From positions 24,130 to 88,129 of the forward strand of contig JALRHH010000001.1 in NCBI GenBank assembly GCA_023253175.1: DNA of 64,000 bases, in the 5' to 3' direction. The position numbers and the translations under genes were made by a program. Below, in pieces: positions 41,651 to 50,014 of this stretch. The stretch comes from Candidatus Saccharimonadia bacterium (GTDB lineage: Bacteria > Patescibacteriota > Saccharimonadia > Saccharimonadales > JALRHH01). The first letter of the stretch is position 1. Each line of letters opens with the position of its first letter. The notes beneath the pieces were generated by a model. It saw nothing but the letters and a program-made list of their open reading frames with translations. It made no database searches and was not told the DNA's origin.

Positions 41651-42025
41651 ATGAGCGCAACTATTGACCAGCAATTTGTAGAATTTATCGTAAAATCCCT
41701 TGTCGGAAATCCCGATGCCGTTAAGGTAGATCGGCGCATTGATGAAAAGGGTGTGCTCCTTGAGCTCACTGTTGACGCAGAAGATCTCGGCCGTGTAATC
41801 GGTAAGCGCGGTGCTACGGCGCAGAGCCTTCGTACGCTACTCCGCGCACTCGGAACTAAGAACGAGGCACGCTATAACCTGAAGATTGTCGATACCGGCG
41901 ATGGTTCAGCGGTATCAAGTTCATCGAGCGCTAGCGATGACGATGATGACGTGCAGTCAACCGAGAGCGATGTTGTAAGCCAGACGCGCCGTGAGCTTGC
42001 AGAACTTGACGACCTAGACGTATAA
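41651..42025 (+). CDS. khpA: KH-domain RNA-binding protein KhpA
   Basis: DLGRVIGKRGATAQSLRTLL; follows rpsP; acidic tail. Confidence 0.92.
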   Translation: MSATIDQQFVEFIVKSLVGNPDAVKVDRRIDEKGVLLELTVDAEDLGRVIGKRGATAQSLRTLLRALGTKNEARYNLKIVDTGDGSAVSSSSSASDDDDDVQSTESDVVSQTRRELAELDDLDV

Positions 42026-42053
42026 GCTGGGGATAATTACAGCCGAGTTACGC

Positions 42054-42082
42054 TTGAAAGATTTGATCTGACAAGGTATAGT
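42054..42082 (+). promoter_or_regulatory. sigma70 promoter in the khpA-trmD gap
   Basis: TTGAAA-17-TATAGT. Confidence 0.65.
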
Positions 42083-42179
42083 CATAAGCATGTTTCAGCC
42101 GTGACCAAATCCGGTGTAACAAAATAAAAACAAACAAAAAGCTCTATGCGAGCATTCCCAGAATGGGAGCTTTATGTGG

Positions 42180-42209
42180 CAATAAGAACCCCAGAAGGGG
42201 TTCTTATTG
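42180..42209. terminator. Bidirectional terminator
   Basis: CAATAAGAACCCC-agaa-GGGGTTCTTATTG, perfect 13-bp stem. Confidence 0.85.
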
Positions 42210-42210
42210 T

Positions 42211-42336
42211 TTCTGGCTATCGTAGCTGGCACATTTTGGGCGTAAACCTGCGGCAAAAAGCTTCATCGTACCTGCTGTACGTCTCAGCATTTTTGCTCGG
42301 TTTTCATCCCAAACTGTACTCAAGTACGATAGCCAG
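42211..42336 (-). ncRNA. 126-nt rod-like hairpin (candidate sRNA or MITE-like element)
   Basis: 13-bp terminal inverted repeat TCTGGCTATCGTA; pairing continues to the tip; G-U pairs favour the minus strand. Confidence 0.5.
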
Positions 42337-42380
42337 AGTGTACTACATATTGACGAGTATGATATAATGTAATAAATTAT

Positions 42381-43031
42381 ATGAAAATACAAGTAATTAC
42401 GTTATTCCCCGATATGTTTGCCGGAGTTATGGGCTCCAGCATGATGTGGAAGGCACAAGAGCAGAAGGCTTTCGATATCTCATATATTGATTTACGCCAG
42501 TTCGGCAATGGCCCACGTAAGCAAGTCGATGATACGCCATATGGCGGTGGTGATGGTATGCTCCTGAAGGTTGATTCATTGGTGGCGGCGATTGAACATG
42601 CAAAAGAAAATGACCCAGATGCGATTGTTATGCTGCCAACCCCGCGTGGAAAGGTGTACAAGCAATCTGACGCGAAGCGCCTTGCTGCTGGTGACAAGGG
42701 GCTTATAATTGTTTGCCCTCGGTACGAAGGGTATGATGAACGGGTAACCGCATGGGTTGATGAGCAGTTCTGTATTGGCAATTATGTGCTGACGGGCGGT
42801 GAGCTGCCTGCAATGATCGTAATAGACAGTGTTGTTCGGCTACTCCCTGGGGTTCTGGGTGGGGAGGCCTCGGCAGAAATTGAATCGTTCCAAGAAGACG
42901 ATGAATCAATTGAATTTCCACAGTACACTCGTCCTGAGGTATTTCGGGATATGAAAGTACCTGATGTACTACTGAGTGGTCACCATGCTGAAATTGCAAA
43001 ATGGCGTGAAAGTAACAGCGCAAAAGCGTAG
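42381..43031 (+). CDS. trmD: tRNA (m1G37) methyltransferase
   Basis: VDDTPYGGGDGM, RYEGYDER, GNYVLTGGELPAM, PQYTRP. Confidence 0.98.
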   Translation: MKIQVITLFPDMFAGVMGSSMMWKAQEQKAFDISYIDLRQFGNGPRKQVDDTPYGGGDGMLLKVDSLVAAIEHAKENDPDAIVMLPTPRGKVYKQSDAKRLAAGDKGLIIVCPRYEGYDERVTAWVDEQFCIGNYVLTGGELPAMIVIDSVVRLLPGVLGGEASAEIESFQEDDESIEFPQYTRPEVFRDMKVPDVLLSGHHAEIAKWRESNSAKA

Positions 43032-43100
43032 ATATTTCACAGAATATACTAAGCCCCACGCGGTATAATAGATCCTTAGAAACATTAAGGAGATCTACCG

Positions 43101-43487
43101 ATGGGATTACTACCGAAAATCAAACCAGTATATGCACACTGTGACCTGCCATGTGGAATTTATGACCCTGCTCAGGCTCGTATTGAGGCCGAGAGCGTTA
43201 AGGCGATGATGGAGAAATATGAGGGCCTTGATGAGCACAACAAGCTCCGTGCGGTGATACTTATTGAACAGCGGGCAGAACTTGTTAAGCACCATTTGTG
43301 GGTACTCTGGACGGACTACTTTAAGCAGCCACACCTTGAAAAGTATCCTGATTTACACGAAAAATTCTGGCTCGCAACTAAGCAAGCGGGTGAATGTAAG
43401 CATCACATGGATGTCAAAGAAGCTGATACATTACTTGCACAGATAGACGAGATTGCTGAGATATTCTGGGAAACCAAGAAATCATAA
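43101..43487 (+). CDS. sodN: Nickel superoxide dismutase precursor
   Basis: 12-aa propeptide followed by the Ni-hook HCDLPCGIYDP; VKHHLWVLWTDYFK. Confidence 0.97.
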   Translation: MGLLPKIKPVYAHCDLPCGIYDPAQARIEAESVKAMMEKYEGLDEHNKLRAVILIEQRAELVKHHLWVLWTDYFKQPHLEKYPDLHEKFWLATKQAGECKHHMDVKEADTLLAQIDEIAEIFWETKKS

Positions 43488-43512
43488 ATAACCACATAGG
43501 AGGGCAATAGAA

Positions 43513-43854
43513 GTGCGCTTTATAGCTCCCTTTATGATCCGCCGAGTCCAAGGCCATAGTATGTTGCCGGTATTGCCTCCCGGTACTTTGGTTTGGGGCT
43601 ATAGATGGTACCTTAGATTGCGGCCACAGAAGGTGGTTATCGCAGAACACAGTGGCCGAGAAATTGTAAAACGTATTGAATCCGTGCGGCCGGAAGGATT
43701 ATTCCTGTTAGGTGACCATACGGAGGCAAGTACCGATAGTCGTCACTATGGTGCTATTCCAAAAGATAATGTGAAGGCTGTAGTTATTTGGCCCCGTGTT
43801 CGGCGGGTCTTAGCGGATTCTGGCGGTATTACTGCTCGCCCGATAGATACTTAA
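43513..43854 (+). CDS. sodX: Ni-SOD maturation protease (S26)
   Basis: VQGHSMLP, IVKRI, LLGD..STDSRHYG; directly after sodN. Confidence 0.88.
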   Translation: MRFIAPFMIRRVQGHSMLPVLPPGTLVWGYRWYLRLRPQKVVIAEHSGREIVKRIESVRPEGLFLLGDHTEASTDSRHYGAIPKDNVKAVVIWPRVRRVLADSGGITARPIDT

Positions 43855-45043
43855 GCTTGGCCATTTCATTACCGCAGTGAGGACAGTAATCTTCCTGATC
43901 GTTCATTGCTGCCCAGCGGCTCGTTGCCTTGTTGACCGGTAAATAGTCATGGTAAAGCATTAAGTCGGCCAGGCTTCGCAGTGTCCATCCAAGCCAGCCA
44001 AAGATCCGGACTTTGCCCCAGAGTACGGCTGCCCATTTTGGCCCTGCTGGAAGTACGTAAATCGGTTTTTTGGCCTTGTAGGGTTCTGGCGTTTGGCTAC
44101 TTGCGATACGTTGTAGGTTTTGCGCAACAAACTTGCCATCATACAGCGCAGTCTGAGCCATGCCACTGTATGGAGTATCGGCATTATCACCTATCACATA
44201 TATGCCAGGTTCTGCCTGTAGGAACTGATCCACACGAACTTTGCCGTTTCTGGCTATCTGAAAGTCATGGTCCTTAAAGAATGGACTATTTGCCACGCCA
44301 GCAGTCCAAATAACGGTGTGACTGCGGATTGGCTTGCCTCCCACCATGAGGGCGTCGGCTGTTTGGGCCTGTACAGCAGTCTTTGTATATATTTTGACCC
44401 CTTGCTTGCGTAAGTTTCGGGTAATTGCGCGGGAGATGTCCTTGGGCATACGCGGCACCAAACGAGGGGCGGCTTCGATAAGATCGACATGTACCTTGCG
44501 TTTTTTAAGCCCCTGATGTTTGGCAATAGTTTTAATATAGTGCGGGAGCGCACCGGCTAGTTCTACGCCGGTTGGACCACCACCAATAACTACATAGTTT
44601 AGATCGTATTGACGGTCAGTGCAGAGCTGCTTATGAAGATGTGCCTTAAGCTCTTCTGCATCAGAAAGTGTCTTAATGCCATACGAGAATTCACTGAGGC
44701 CACTAATCCCAAAGTAGTTAGTCATCACGCCAAGCCCAAATATCACCGCTTCGTATGTAAATGTTTCGCCTGATTTTGTGGTAACCGTGTGACCTACTTT
44801 ATCTATGTCGGTGACCGTATCGATAACTACATTCACCGATTTACTGACAAAAATTTCTGTGAGTGGAATCGAAGCTACCCTATGTGAACCACCCGTTGAT
44901 ACATGAAAGAGCGTTGGGTAAACCCTGAAATCGTCATGATCACTAATGAGTATGACTTTAAATCGGTGGTCGTGTGATAGTTCAAGGGCTGCCTTTATGC
45001 CGCCAAAGCCTCCACCTACGATAACAATATTGTGTTTTGACAT
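43829..45043 (-). CDS. ndh: Type II NADH:quinone oxidoreductase
   Basis: GGGFGG, GGGPTGVELAG, IEAAPRL, WTAGV, IGD, AQTA. Confidence 0.88.
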   Translation of the reverse strand: MSKHNIVIVGGGFGGIKAALELSHDHRFKVILISDHDDFRVYPTLFHVSTGGSHRVASIPLTEIFVSKSVNVVIDTVTDIDKVGHTVTTKSGETFTYEAVIFGLGVMTNYFGISGLSEFSYGIKTLSDAEELKAHLHKQLCTDRQYDLNYVVIGGGPTGVELAGALPHYIKTIAKHQGLKKRKVHVDLIEAAPRLVPRMPKDISRAITRNLRKQGVKIYTKTAVQAQTADALMVGGKPIRSHTVIWTAGVANSPFFKDHDFQIARNGKVRVDQFLQAEPGIYVIGDNADTPYSGMAQTALYDGKFVAQNLQRIASSQTPEPYKAKKPIYVLPAGPKWAAVLWGKVRIFGWLGWTLRSLADLMLYHDYLPVNKATSRWAAMNDQEDYCPHCGNEMAKLKYLSGEQ

Positions 45044-45136
45044 GTTGTTTGTATATTCCTGTTGTTCTCTGTAATAGTAGCATAACGCTTATGGATATGC
45101 GATACTTAGGTTAAACGCATAAAAGAGTAAACAAAC

Positions 45137-46798
45137 ATGGATCCATTTCTAAAAGAATTACAGAAAATTTTTAAGGGTGAAATTGAAACAGACATCACCA
45201 CTCGTGAAAAATACAGTCATGATGCAAGTATGTTTGAGATCTTGCCGGATGTGGTTGTCGCTCCCAAGGATAGTCAGGATATCCAGTCTCTCGTAAAATT
45301 GGTTGCAAAATACAAAAAACAACTGCCAAAGCTTTCTCTTACTGCACGCAGCGCTGGTACAGATATGGCGGGGGGCGCAATCAACGACTCTGTCATCATC
45401 GACTTTAATCGTCATCTGACGACCATTCATGAAACTTCGGCCATAGAAGCGCATGCTCAGCCAGGTGTGTTTTATCGGGATTTTGAAAAGGCAACACTTG
45501 AGCATAATGCGTTAATGCCGTCTTACCCTGCATCACGTGAACTTGCCACTATCGGCGGTATGATCGGTAATAACTCTGGCGGCGAGAAGTCACTCGAGTA
45601 TGGTAAAACAGCTGATTTCGTTACAGAACTTAAGCTCATCTTTGCGGATGGTAATGAGTATGTAGTGAAGCCGCTTAATGAATCAGAACTCAAGAAGAAG
45701 ATTGCTCAGAAAGATTTTGAAGGCAGTATTTACAAGCAGGTTTTTGAATTATGTGAAAAGCATTATGACGAAATTAAGGCCGCAAAACCTCAGGTGAGTA
45801 AAAATTCGATGGGGTACGCACTCTGGGATGTTTGGGACCGTGATACCAAAATTTTTGACTTGAGCCGTTTGATTGTTGGTGCCGAAGGCACGCTCGGTAT
45901 GGTCACTGATATTACGTTCCGTTTAGTGCCTGCACGCGCTCATTCGGGACTACTTGTGCTATTTCTAAAGAACATTAATGACCTAGGGGAACTGATCCCA
46001 ACAGTGCTCAAGCACAAGCCGGCTACCTTTGAATCGTTTGATGATGCAACATTATGGCTTTCAATACGATTTATGCCAAGCTTCCTCAAGATGCTTGGCT
46101 GGAAACGGTTTATTAGATTATTGATTAACTTAATTCCTGATGGACTGCAGTTACTGCGTGGTATACCTAAGTTGGTACTCATGATCGAATTTAATGCTGA
46201 TACAGAAGAAGAGGTGCGCCAAAAGGTGAGGGCACTGCACCGAGATCTTGGCAAGAACAGGGCTCGCTATGAAATTAATGGTTTTGAAGAAGCGCCTACT
46301 GAAGGCAAGTCAGAAAAGTTTTGGATTATGCGACGTAATAGCTTTCAGATCCTACGCAGCAAGGTCAAGGACAAGCACACAGCACCATTTATTGATGACT
46401 TTGTAGTGCCGCCAAAACACCTTGTTGATTTTCTGCCAGAGTTACAAAGAATCATCAAGAAGTATAAACTGTTTGCTACGATTGCTGGACACATGGGTGA
46501 CGGTAACTTCCACGTGATCCCACTCATGAAATTTGAAGACCCCAAAGAGCGAGCAAAAATTCAGCCTGCCCAGAAAGAAGTTAACGAACTGGTACTTAAA
46601 TATGGCGGTAGCCTCAGCGGTGAGCACAATGATGGCCTGGTGCGCGGTGCGTGGCTGGATCAACAGTTCGGCAAAAATGTTTCCGGTTACATGAGTGATG
46701 TTAAGAGCATATTTGACGCAGACAATATATTCAATCCTCACAAGAAAACTGATGCCAACTGGGAATATTCAATGTCCCATCTCCGCGAACACTTTTAG
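45137..46798 (+). CDS. FAD-linked D-2-hydroxyacid dehydrogenase-like protein with amphipathic insertion, no Fe-S domain
   Basis: ARSAGTDMAGG, TIGGMIGNNSGG, GAEGTLG, GHMGDGNFH, SGEHNDG. Confidence 0.9.
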   Translation: MDPFLKELQKIFKGEIETDITTREKYSHDASMFEILPDVVVAPKDSQDIQSLVKLVAKYKKQLPKLSLTARSAGTDMAGGAINDSVIIDFNRHLTTIHETSAIEAHAQPGVFYRDFEKATLEHNALMPSYPASRELATIGGMIGNNSGGEKSLEYGKTADFVTELKLIFADGNEYVVKPLNESELKKKIAQKDFEGSIYKQVFELCEKHYDEIKAAKPQVSKNSMGYALWDVWDRDTKIFDLSRLIVGAEGTLGMVTDITFRLVPARAHSGLLVLFLKNINDLGELIPTVLKHKPATFESFDDATLWLSIRFMPSFLKMLGWKRFIRLLINLIPDGLQLLRGIPKLVLMIEFNADTEEEVRQKVRALHRDLGKNRARYEINGFEEAPTEGKSEKFWIMRRNSFQILRSKVKDKHTAPFIDDFVVPPKHLVDFLPELQRIIKKYKLFATIAGHMGDGNFHVIPLMKFEDPKERAKIQPAQKEVNELVLKYGGSLSGEHNDGLVRGAWLDQQFGKNVSGYMSDVKSIFDADNIFNPHKKTDANWEYSMSHLREHF

Positions 46799-47796
46799 TT
46801 CATGGTTTTGTACTGATCGATAGCGTAATTGTATTGATTGCGTAGTGATTCACAGCGTGCTTTTGTAGCATCGACCTGGCGGGTCATAAATAGATCATTT
46901 GGATCATAGGTGCTTTGCTGGCGTGAGGCTTCCTTTAGGCAGTCATTATATTTGCCGCGTAGCGACTCTATGGTAGATGCTTGCTGATCTCTTGCGGTGG
47001 TATCTATACTTTGATGGCTGATAGTAATATAAATCGCCAAGCTGATACTACTGGCTATAACAAGTCCAAAAAGGACAATTTTTGCCCAAAATACGCGTAC
47101 TGTTTTTTTGTGACTGAGGGTTGCATTTGTTTCTGGGAGGTATCGTTCTGAGTGGCTTGTGATAAGCTCGGGTAATAAGTGCCGACAGCGCCTCGGGACG
47201 TAGGGTAGGTAATCCTCGGCTGGTATTCTATTCTCGTGGGCAAATCTAATCACCGAATCTGCATAAGATTGGGCAGAGTAATTTTGTAGCGTGATAAATT
47301 CTCGCTGATCCCATGAGGTGCTCACTATATGGTAGATCTTATGGGACCGTTTGATCTCGGGCTGCAGAGCATTGACTATCCATAACCCAAGCCCAAGTTC
47401 AACGCTTGCGAATTCTACGGTGGCAACATCTGACGTAGCATGGTTTGCCTTTTGAAGGGCGTAAGTTATGACTGCGAGTGCCAAGATTGCGCCGCAGCTG
47501 TAAGGGTGTTTTTTAAAGCTTGAATGTATGAAAATCGATTTCGATTTTAGGTCCACTTCAAATGTATGTGCCTCATCGCTAAACTGAAATGTTAGTCCTG
47601 AGACCCTCAGGCCGATCCAGCGGCACATTGCAGTGCCAACGTGTTGAAGTCCTTCATTTGTGTATAGGGAGTTATATTGATCTAGTTCCGGTAACTGTAG
47701 CTTACCTTGATGCGTGAATCGGTGACCAAAAACCTCGTGCAAATACGCCCGTTTTTCATCATCCGTCAGAAGCTGCTGGTATTCTATCCCACCCAT
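46795..47796 (-). CDS. Single-TM hypothetical protein, possibly a degenerate zincin
   Basis: GAILALAVITY where AHExxH is expected; ELGLG motif; C-terminal TM plus a two-Cys helical ectodomain. Confidence 0.6.
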   Translation of the reverse strand: MGGIEYQQLLTDDEKRAYLHEVFGHRFTHQGKLQLPELDQYNSLYTNEGLQHVGTAMCRWIGLRVSGLTFQFSDEAHTFEVDLKSKSIFIHSSFKKHPYSCGAILALAVITYALQKANHATSDVATVEFASVELGLGLWIVNALQPEIKRSHKIYHIVSTSWDQREFITLQNYSAQSYADSVIRFAHENRIPAEDYLPYVPRRCRHLLPELITSHSERYLPETNATLSHKKTVRVFWAKIVLFGLVIASSISLAIYITISHQSIDTTARDQQASTIESLRGKYNDCLKEASRQQSTYDPNDLFMTRQVDATKARCESLRNQYNYAIDQYKTMN

Positions 47797-47818
47797 AGTT
47801 ACTGATAAGTATACAGTA

Positions 47819-48403
47819 TTATTTTTGCTTCTTGCGTTTGTGCTGTGCGATTGCTTCGCTGAGTGTTCGCTTTTCCCTGAGCCTGGTTAGTAGTAACCAG
47901 TCAAACCAGTAGTCGATCGCGCCTCTTTTTTTAACGTAGACTGTAAACATACCCATCCGATTACCGCCGAATATATCAGCGTGCAGCCTATCACCGATCA
48001 TGGCCGTCTTTTCAGGCTGAGTCTGAAGGGCACCTAGGACGTAATCAAAGAAAAGAGGATTTGGTTTTCTGATAAGCCGCAGGCCTTTTCTGAATGGCTG
48101 AAATACGCGGGCATTGATGGGTTCGCTATATCGTTTCAGATTTCTTTGGTTATTACTAACAAGACACAGTGATTTGAACTGATTAGAGTTATTTACTTCG
48201 TTCAGAAGCGTGATGACGGCGTGGGGAAGTTTCCGGGAGTACGGTCTGCGGAGCGTTTGGTCCAAATCAAATAGGAGGTGCTCAACACCTAATTTTTCTA
48301 GCTGTTCGAAATCAATATCATCAACGTTCGTAGCCGTAAAATCGGGCAGAAATGAAGGTGATGCAATTTTTCGTTTCGTAAGTTCGTAGCCAAGTATTTT
48401 CAC
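47819..48403 (-). CDS. YqeG-like HAD IIIA phosphatase
   Basis: FDLDQTL, VSN, RKP, MIGDRLHADIFGGNRMG. Confidence 0.9.
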   Translation of the reverse strand: MKILGYELTKRKIASPSFLPDFTATNVDDIDFEQLEKLGVEHLLFDLDQTLRRPYSRKLPHAVITLLNEVNNSNQFKSLCLVSNNQRNLKRYSEPINARVFQPFRKGLRLIRKPNPLFFDYVLGALQTQPEKTAMIGDRLHADIFGGNRMGMFTVYVKKRGAIDYWFDWLLLTRLREKRTLSEAIAQHKRKKQK

Positions 48404-48409
48404 AGGTGA

Positions 48410-49126
48410 TTAGCGGTACTCCGGATTCTCGAAATCAAATCGCGCGCCAGCATCCCATTTGCCGCGTTGATTGCCATAAGCTGGAATACCGTTCTTAAGG
48501 ATTTTTGCTAAATGCATCAGGTTCCAGGTCATAAAGGTTGTATTTCGGTTTGTGAAATCGTTATTGATCCCGGCGTGACTACCGTCTTCAAGTTTATCAC
48601 CATAGCTTGGCCCCGGACCTGCTTCGCCGATCCAGCCGGCATCAGCTTGCGGCGGGATTGTAAAACCAATGTGCTGAAGGCTATATAAAATATTCATGGC
48701 ACAGTGCTTAATGCCGTCTTCGTTGCCAGTTATAAGACATCCTCCAACTTTGCCATAAGTGGCGTACTGCCCATCGTTATTCAAATCACCTGAATTAGCA
48801 TACAGTCGTTCAATCAGCTGTTTTGTGACGGAACTATTATCGCCAAGCCAGATTGGTCCGGCGATTACGACAATATTTGCGTCCTGTACCTTTTTGTATA
48901 GAGCGGGCCATTCGTCGGTTTTCCAGCCGTGTTCTGTCATGTCTGGGTATACGCCGGTGGCAATATCGTGATCGATAACGCGTATAACTTCTGTTCCTAC
49001 CCCGTGCTTATCCATGATGGTCTTTGATACGTCAATGAGTGTGTCTGTATGACTTGACTCTGGTGATTTCTTTAAGGTCGTGTTAAAGAAAACAGCCCTC
49101 AGATTGCTAAAATCGTAGTCGCTCAT
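48410..49126 (-). CDS. Flavodoxin-family (NAD(P)H-dependent FMN reductase-like) protein
   Basis: NTTLKKSPESSHTD, GPIWLG, TGNEDG, PPQADAGWIGEAGPGPSY; start after GGAGG. Confidence 0.88.
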   Translation of the reverse strand: MSDYDFSNLRAVFFNTTLKKSPESSHTDTLIDVSKTIMDKHGVGTEVIRVIDHDIATGVYPDMTEHGWKTDEWPALYKKVQDANIVVIAGPIWLGDNSSVTKQLIERLYANSGDLNNDGQYATYGKVGGCLITGNEDGIKHCAMNILYSLQHIGFTIPPQADAGWIGEAGPGPSYGDKLEDGSHAGINNDFTNRNTTFMTWNLMHLAKILKNGIPAYGNQRGKWDAGARFDFENPEYR

Positions 49127-49167
49127 AATCTTACGCCTCCTTTGCTCGTCTAATGATAGCACTATAT

Positions 49168-49731
49168 TTAGTTGCGGGCGCTGTGTTTGTGGATGGTGGC
49201 CCAGAGCAAAGCGGCTATCGTGAGGAAGAGGCCACTGTATAATCCAATCTCAGCATACATTTCTGACATATAGCCTTCGTTGAAATTATTTACGAAATAC
49301 ATTACAACCGTGGTGCTATACACAGCTGCACAAAGGCCTGCAACTGCGTAAAGCACTGACCTATTAAGCAAAACAGCTGCCACAATGATTGGAATTACAA
49401 ATAGGAACACGGATTTACTGGCGTAGCCGCGCTGAGTGTACACGTTGAACGCGGCGAATGCGATGTCTGCTATGATGATGGCTCCAAGCACAGTGCGGTA
49501 AACCGATGCCGCACTCGGCTTGCTACGAGCAGTCAGCCAAACGGCGATCGTCACTGCGGCAAGCAAGCTAACGGCGAACCAGCGTTTTAGAAGTAACTCT
49601 GGCGTTATGACTTTGCTCGCATGGAATACAATTGTTTGAGCTATGAATAGTAGCACGAAAACAATGTGGAATTTTGCGACTCTTAGGGTAGCTGCATGTA
49701 GATGGTCTAATAGCGCAGTAGGTTTCTTCAT
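49168..49731 (-). CDS. Membrane protein (about 5 TM)
   Basis: Hydrophobic segments; TQRGYASK loop. Confidence 0.7.
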   Translation of the reverse strand: MKKPTALLDHLHAATLRVAKFHIVFVLLFIAQTIVFHASKVITPELLLKRWFAVSLLAAVTIAVWLTARSKPSAASVYRTVLGAIIIADIAFAAFNVYTQRGYASKSVFLFVIPIIVAAVLLNRSVLYAVAGLCAAVYSTTVVMYFVNNFNEGYMSEMYAEIGLYSGLFLTIAALLWATIHKHSARN

Positions 49732-49735
49732 ATAC

Positions 49736-49993
49736 CTATATTTCTTGTTTTGCTAGTTTGTGCTTTGCGAACTGTGTTAGACCGATTGCCACTGTTATGT
49801 AGAGAAGCCCACTGAGGCAGCCTTTAAGCATATTCCCGTTCGTAAAGACGAGTCCTGTTCCAGTTGCAATGGTTCCTGCTGTAAGGACGTAGGATGCCTT
49901 GATGTGGTTTGACGAAAGTGTAAACACCGAAGCTGCGGCTATTATAATTCCACTCACGGCGATAATGATATGACTGATTAAAAGTATAAGCAT
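49736..49993 (-). CDS. Small membrane protein
   Basis: Three hydrophobic segments; co-oriented after cyoE. Confidence 0.65.
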   Translation of the reverse strand: MLILLISHIIIAVSGIIIAAASVFTLSSNHIKASYVLTAGTIATGTGLVFTNGNMLKGCLSGLLYITVAIGLTQFAKHKLAKQEI

Positions 49994-50014
49994 AATGTAT
50001 TTAGTATACCGTAT

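Noticed and set aside
41089-41769. 226-aa minus-strand ORF
   Set aside because: Antisense to rpsP and khpA and crosses a terminator
42146-42392. 73-aa (+) and 62-aa (-) ORFs in the khpA-trmD gap as RimM remnants
   Set aside because: No RimM motifs or SD; the region is better explained by RNA structures
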